A stretch of DNA of 64,000 bases from the NCBI RefSeq assembly GCF_009914755.1, contig NC_060937.1; one strand, 5' to 3'. The DNA comes from the human T2T-CHM13v2.0 reference genome, Homo sapiens. Under the pieces are notes generated by a model, which was not told the DNA's origin, did not search any database, and saw only the letters and a list, made by a program, of their open reading frames with translations. Positions 56,678 through 64,000 of the stretch are shown here, piece after piece. The translations under genes were made by a program, and so were the position numbers. Position 1 is the first letter of the stretch. Each line of letters opens with the position of its first letter.

Positions 56678-56864
56678 CCCTTTTCCTATTTCTTTGTACG
56701 TTTTCCCTCTATATACTTAGTTCTCATCTAAAAATGCCAAGATTTTAAGAAGATCCTTACCCACCTCGTTTCTCTTCCTTCTCACTTTACACATTTCCAA
56801 CCATTAATAATTCTTCCCCCTTTTCTATCCGGCCTCCTTTCCCATCACTAAACTCCTCATATAC

Positions 56865-57935
56865 AACTAATCAGAAAACGTAGGGAGAGAAAATACCTGC
56901 AAACCACACATCTGATAAGGGATTAATATCTAAAGTATGTTGTATAAGGATTTCAATTCAATAGTAAGAAAACAACTGATTTTTTTTAAATGAGCAAAGG
57001 ACTTGAATAGACATCAAAAGAAGATATACCAATGGCCAATAGGTATATGAAAAAATGCTCAACATCATAAATCATTGTAGAAATGCAAATTACAACCACA
57101 ATGAGCTATTACATTACACCAGTTAAAATGGCTATTATCAGACAAAAGTATTAGGGTTGGTGAAGATTTGGAGAAAAAGGAACCCTTGTACATTGTAAGT
57201 GAGAATGTATGTTAGTATAGTCATACTAATAAATAAAACTGCATGAGGTTTTCTCAAAAAATTAAAAATGAAACTACTATAATTCAGCAATACTACTACT
57301 TTTTCTATATCCAAAGAAAATGAAATCTATATGCTGGCAAAATACATGTACTCCCATGTTCATTGCAGCATTATTCACAATAGCCAAGTTAAAGAATAAA
57401 TCTAGTGTCCAAGAGATGAATAAAGAAAATATGATATACTTTATATACAGAATGGAATACTATTCATCCTTTAAAAAGAAGAAAATGCAATCAATTACAA
57501 CAACATAAATTAACCTAGAGGACATTAAGATAAGTGAAATAAGCCAGGCACAGACTGACAAATATCACATGGTCTGACTTATATATGGAATAAAAAAAAC
57601 TGAATTCACAGAAGCAAAGAGTAGAATAGTAGTTACCAGAGGCTGGGGGTAGGGAAATTAGGTATAAGTTGACAAAAGGCACAACGTTTCAGTTAGACAG
57701 TAGAAATAAGCTTAAAAGATCTACCTTACGGTGGCTATAGATGATAATAATATACTGTATACTTGAAAATTGCTGAAAGAGATTTTCAGTTTTCTCACAA
57801 CAAAATAACTGTGAAGTGATGCATATGTTAAATAGATTGATTTAACCTTTCCAAAATGTATACATATATCAAAACATCATGTTATACACCATAAATATAC
57901 ACAAGCTTTAGTCTTCAGTTTTAAATGATAAACAA
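56865..57935 (+). mobile_element. L1MA 3' end
   Basis: ORF2 end, then 3'UTR tacttgaaaattgctgaaagagatttt...tatatcaaaacatcatgttatacaccataaatatac. Confidence 0.88.
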
Positions 57936-57939
57936 ATTC

Positions 57940-59000
57940 TATATAATACAAAGAATATGTTTATAAAATCTAGAGATATGCCATACAAAGAGACTGGGAG
58001 ACTCAATAGTGCTAAGATATCAGTTCTCCTCAAATTGGTCTATAGATTCAACAGCATTCCAATCAAAATTGAAACACTGATCTCAAAATTCATATGCAAT
58101 GCAAATGGCTAGAATAGCCAAAACAATTTTGAGAAAGAACAACAGAGTTGGAAGACTTATTACATTTGATTTGAAGACTCATTGAAAAGATGCAGAAATC
58201 CAGGAACTATGGTATTAGCATAAATATAACTATATAGTGATCGATGGAACAGAGTAGACAGCCCTAAAATAGACACAAAAATGCTATTTGGAACAGTACC
58301 ATGGCATTTCAATATTGAAAGGGTAATCTTTTCAATAAGTGGTCTTGGGAGAGCTGGCTATTCACATAGACACAGATAAACTTTGATGTCTACCTCATAT
58401 CTATGATGTATATGAAAATTAACTCAAGATAGATTATAGACCATAAATATAAATGCTAAAAGCATCAAACATTTTGGAGAAAAAATATAGTAAATATTTT
58501 GACAACCTTGGCATAGGAAAGATATCCAGTGACCCAACAGGCATTAAGCTTAAGAGAAACAAATGATATAATGGACTTTCTCAAATTAAAAGTTTTTTGT
58601 ATTTAAAAATATTGTTACAAAACTGAAAATGCAAACAACTAAGCTGCAAAAGATGTACTTGTATATGACAAAACAACTCATATCCAGAATATATAGACAA
58701 CTTCTCCAAAGTAATAAATAATATTTGATTTAATAAATAATAAAACAATATTTGAAAGACTTGAATAGACTTTTCTCAAAAGATGATAAAGGTAGTCAAT
58801 AAGAACATAATCATAAGCTTTATATTATTAATCCTAAGGTAAATACAAATTAAAAACATGAAATATCAGTTTCTATGTGCAAGACTGGCTAACATTTTTT
58901 AAAATGACCATATCAAATTTTGGCAAGGATGTAGAACTGGAACTCTCATATTTTGCTGGTTGGAATGTAAATGGTAGAACCATCTTGAAAAATAATTTGG
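57940..59000 (+). mobile_element. Old L1M ORF2 fragment
   Basis: cagttctcctcaaattggtctatagattcaac...ttggcaaggatgtagaactggaactctcata. Confidence 0.78.
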
Positions 59001-60342
59001 GATAGGAGGTGGCGAGGAAGCAGGACTAACTTGCAACTCCCACTAAGACAGACAGAGCAGCATGTGGAGAACCACATCACGAACTTTCGCTCCAAGAACT
59101 ACAGTAGGAACATACCAGGAAAGCCGTGAGAATTCACAGACCCTTTGAAGGAGGTGGATTGCTGCTGCAGTCTCTGTGGGACAGCTAAGGAACTGTGAGT
59201 CAGCTTGCTTTCTCAGCTGGGAGGCTTGTAGCCTGAGACAAGTTCTCAGCCGAGCTCAAAGGCTGCCTGGAAATAAACTTGGTGCTGTTGTGGAGGGCAT
59301 GGTGGGAGTGAGACCAGCCTTTCAGGCTGTGGACTGCATGGGAGCTGCGTGAGGCCTGTGGCTCCTGGCTTTCCCCCACTTCCCTGGTAAGCTGTGTGAT
59401 GCAGCAGAGGTGGCCATAATCCCTCTGGAAACATAAGTCCATTGGCCTGGGAAGCACACTCCCATCCCCCACAGCAGCTGCAGCAAGCCTCACCCAAGGA
59501 GAGTCTGAGTTCAAACAGGCCTAACCCTGCCCCCACCTGATGGTCTTTCCCTACCAGCCCTGGTAGCCAAAGACAAAGGACAAAATCTCTTGGGTGCTCT
59601 ATGGCCCTACCTACTGCCTGATCCTCCCTATGCTACTGCAGCTGATGTGCCTTTCAAAGCGCCACCTCCTGCCTGGAAGCCAACCAACACAAAACCAATA
59701 CACTAAGAAAAGTACAACCAAGGACCCTCACAGAGTCCACTTCACTCCCCTGCTACCTCCACCAGAGCAGGTGCTGGTATCCACGGCTGAGAGACCTGAA
59801 GAGAGATCACATCACAGGACTCTGCAGACACTCCCCAGTACCAGCCTGGAGCCTGGTAGCTCTGCTGAGTGGCTAAATCCAGGAGAGGAAAAATAATCAC
59901 TGCATTTTGACTCTCAGGAAGTCCCATCCCAAGGGGAAAGGGGAGAGCACCACATCAATGGAGCACCCCACTGGAAAAAAGAATCTGAACAGCATCCTTT
60001 GAGCTGCATATCTTCCTTCTGACATAGTCTACCCAAATGAGAAGGGACCAGAAAAACAATTCTGGTAATATGACAAAACAAGGTGCTTTAATGCCCCCAG
60101 AAGATCACACTAGCTCACCAGCAACAGATCCAAACCAAGACCAAACCTCAGAATTGCCAGAAAAAGAATTCAAAAGGTCAACCATTAAGCCAATGAAGGA
60201 GGCACCAGAGAAATGTGAAGTCCAACTTAAAGAAATCAAAAATATGACACAAGATATGAAGAAGATCTTCAGTGAAATAGCATAAATAAAAAACAATCAC
60301 TACCTCTGGAAATGAAGGATGCACTTAGAGAATTGCAAAATG

Positions 60343-61062
60343 TGAAATCGCCTTTGCAAAATTATAACTGAGGAAATAATGACAATGAAAGAAATCAGAC
60401 CTAAGCAACTCTGTCTTGCTTTTAATCTTTAAGCTGTCCTTATTTATTCCTGGGCATAGGCCAAACTAACTTTGGGAAGGAATTCAGTTCACGGTTTGAC
60501 TCTGAAACAAAATTGATAACAGCCCTTTCCTCAAAAGACCCCCTTCTTGCCTGGGGACCAGTCTGACTTTGCAGGACTAACAAATTAGCTACAAGGTTAG
60601 AAATTACAATTTAGGGGTCTTGCAGCCTTTGGCTCCAATAGTCTGAACCTCCCCAAATTGCTCTTGGGGATAACAACACTACTGTAAAACCTAAGATCAG
60701 TGCTTGAGATATTTTTCAGACCCTGCACTCAGTGGATCAGCTGACACAACCCAGACTGGTAATCTGGCTCAACCGTTCTGCCATCCCACCCAGGGACAAA
60801 AGACAGCAAGAAAACTTCACTTGGACCCCCCATGATTCCATCTACAACCTGACCAATCAGTACTCCTCACCTTCCAAGACGCTACGCACCAAATTATCTT
60901 TAAAAACACTGATCCCCAGCGTTCTGGGAGACTGATCTGAGTAAAAAGAAGACTCTGGTCTCCCACACAGCATGAGTTACTCTTTCTCCATGGCAGTTCC
61001 CCTGTCTTGATAAATTGGTTCTGTCTAGGCAGCGGGCAAGGTGAACCCACTGGGCAGTTACA
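60343..61062 (+). mobile_element. LTR8-like ERV1 solo LTR
   Basis: TG...CA termini (tgaaatcgcctttgcaaaattata...ggtgaacccactgggcagttaca); 4-bp TSD aatg at 60339-60342 and 61063-61066; host L1 ORF1 is restored on removal. Confidence 0.9.
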
Positions 61063-61191
61063 AATGCACTGAAAAGTCTCAGCAATTGAATCAAACAAGT
61101 AGAAGAAAAAACTTTAGTGCTCAAAGACAAGGCTTTCAAATTAACCCAATCTGACAAAGACAAAGAAAAAAGAATTTTAAAAATGAACAGG

Positions 61192-61438
61192 GGCCAGGCA
61201 CGGTGGCTCATGCCTGTAATCCCAGCACTTTGGGAGGCCAAGGTGGGTGGATCATGAGGTCAGGAGTTTGAGACCAGCCTGGCGTTGTGGTGGGTGTATG
61301 TAATCCCAGCTACTCAGGAGGCTGAGGGAGGAGAATCACTTGAAACCAGAAGGCAGAGGTTGCAGTGAGCCAAGATCATGCCGCTGTACTCCAGCCTGGG
61401 CGAAAGAGCGAAACTCTGTCTCAAAGAAAAAAAAAAAA
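61192..61438 (+). mobile_element. AluS with ~50-bp deletion of the middle A-rich linker
   Basis: gagaccagcctggc joined to gttgtggtggg; polyA tail. Confidence 0.92.
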
Positions 61439-63506
61439 TTTTTTTGAACAAAGCCTCCAAGAAGTTTGGGATTATGTTAAATGACCAAACCTAACAATAA
61501 TTTGTATTCCCAAGGAAAAAGAGTAATCTGAAAGTTTGGAAAACATATTTGAGGGAATAATCAATGATAACTTCCCCAGCCTTGCTAGGGATCTAGACAT
61601 CCAAATACAAAAAGCTTAAAGAACACCTCGGAAATACATCACAAAAAGATCATTGCCTAGGCACATAGTCGTCAGGTTATCTAAAGTCAAGACAAAAGAA
61701 AGAAACTTAAGAGCTGAGAGGAAAAAGCATCAGGTAACCTATAAAGGATAACCTATTAGATTAACAGCAGATTTCAGAGCTAACCCTATAAGCTAGCAGG
61801 GATTGGGGTTCTTATGTTTAGCCTTCTAGAATAAAATGATTATCAGTCAAGGATTTTGTATCCCATAAAACTAAGCTTCACAAATGAAGAAGAGATAAAA
61901 TCTTTTTCGGACAAACAAATGCTGAGAGAATTTGGCACTACCAAGCCAGCACTACAAGAACTGCTAAAAGGAGCTCTAACTCTCAAAATTAATCCTTGAA
62001 ATACACCAATATAGAATCTCCTTAATGCATAAATCTCACAGGACCTATAAAACAAAAACACAATGAAAAAAAAAAAAACAAAAAACCCAAGGTATTCAGG
62101 CAACAAATAGAATTAATAGAAGAGTGCCTCACATCTCAATACTAACATTGAATGTAAATGGCCTAAATCCTCCACTTAAAAGACACAGAATGTCAAAATA
62201 AATAAGAATTTCCCAACCAAGTATCTGCTTTCTTCAAGAGACTCACCTAACACATAAGGACTCACATAAACTTAAGGTAAAGGGGTGGGAAAACATATTT
62301 CATGCAAATGGGCACCAAAAGTGAGCAAGAGTAGCTATTCTTACACCACACAAAGCAAACTTTAAAACACCAGCAGTTAAAAAAGACAAAGAGGGACATT
62401 ATGTAATGATAAAAGGACTAGTCCAACAGGAAAATACCACAATCATAAATATATAGGCACCTCACACTGGAGCTCACAAATTTGTAAACCAATTACTACC
62501 AGACCTAAGAAATGAGATAGAGAGCACCACAATAATAGTAGGGGACTTCAGTACTCCACTGACAGCACTAGACAGGTCATCAAGACAGAAAGTCAACAAA
62601 GAAATAATGGACTTAAACTATACCCTAGAACAAATGGACTTAACAGATATTTACAGAACGTTCTACCCAACAACTGCAGAATATATATTCTATTCATTAG
62701 CATATGGAACATTCCCCCAGACAGACCATATGATAGGCCAAAAAACAAGTCTCAACAAATTTAAGAATATAGAAATTATAACAAGCACTGTCTCAGACCA
62801 CAGTGGAATAAAATTAAATATATATGCACCTCACACTCAAAACCTCAAAACCATGCAAATACATGGAAATTAATTAACTTGCTCCTGAATGATCATTGGG
62901 TCAACAATAAAATCAAGATGGAAATTAGAAAATTCTTTGAACCGAACAATAATAGTGATATAAGCTATCAAAACTTATGAGATACAGCAAAGGTGATGCT
63001 AAGAAAGTTCATAGCATTAAATGCCTACATCAAAAAGTCTGAAAGAGCACAAATAGACAATCTAAGATCACACCTCAAGGAGCTAGAGAAACAAGAACAA
63101 ACAAAACCCAAACCCGCAGAAGAAAATAAATAACAAAGATCAGAGCAGAACTAAATAAAATTGAAACAAACAAAAAACAACACACAAGATAAATGAAACA
63201 AAAAGCTGGTTATTTGAAAAGATAAATAAAATTAACAGATCATTAGCAATGCTACCTAAGAAGATAGAAGCTCCAAATAAACGCAATTTGAAATGAAATG
63301 GGAGATACTACAACTGATACCACAGAAATACAAAAGATAATTCAAGGCTAATATTAACAGCTTTGTGCACATAAACTAGAAAACTTAGAGAAAATGGATA
63401 AATTCTTGGAAATATACAACCTTCCTAGATTGAACCAGGAAGAAACAGAAATTCTGAACAGACCAATAACAAGCAACAAGATTGAAATGGTAATTAAAAA
63501 GTTACC

Positions 63507-63853
<347 letters not shown>

Positions 63854-64000
63854 CTATCAGACATTCAAAGAAGAATTGGTACCAATCCTACTCACACTAT
63901 TCCAAAAGATAGAGAAGGAGAGAATCCTCCCTAAATAATTCTATGAAGCCAGTATCACCCTAATACCAAAACCAGGAAAGGCCATAACAAAAAAACTACA

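Noticed and set aside
63960-64000. Second L1PB ends at nearly the same ORF2 position as the first (35011)
   Set aside because: This is simply the window boundary

Overview
Primate (human-like) genomic DNA: AT-rich, CpG-depleted and dominated by interspersed repeats (AluS/AluY, L1PA/L1PB/L1M, L2, MIR, MaLR LTRs, LTR8, LTR33). I see no intact protein-coding gene; nearly all track ORFs are Alu, L1 or microsatellite translations, or chance. The one gene-derived element is a GNG5 (G-protein gamma-5) processed pseudogene at about 28237-28761. It has a 7-bp frameshift, a polyA signal and a target-site duplication (TSD). Its residual 60-aa ORF keeps the domain and ends in an altered CaaX box (CSFS). 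The other notable features are records of retrotransposition and repair: two twin-priming L1 inversions with almost exact breakpoints, a ~230-bp tandem duplication carrying a micro-inversion/hairpin at an L1MA tail, a 3'-deleted L1PB, a tail-less ~85-bp L1 fragment inside a CpG-undepleted patch, several internally deleted Alus and short tandem duplications. I found no convincing novel biological system. Repeat subfamily calls come from recalled consensus motifs, not a database search, and boundaries of old repeats are approximate.
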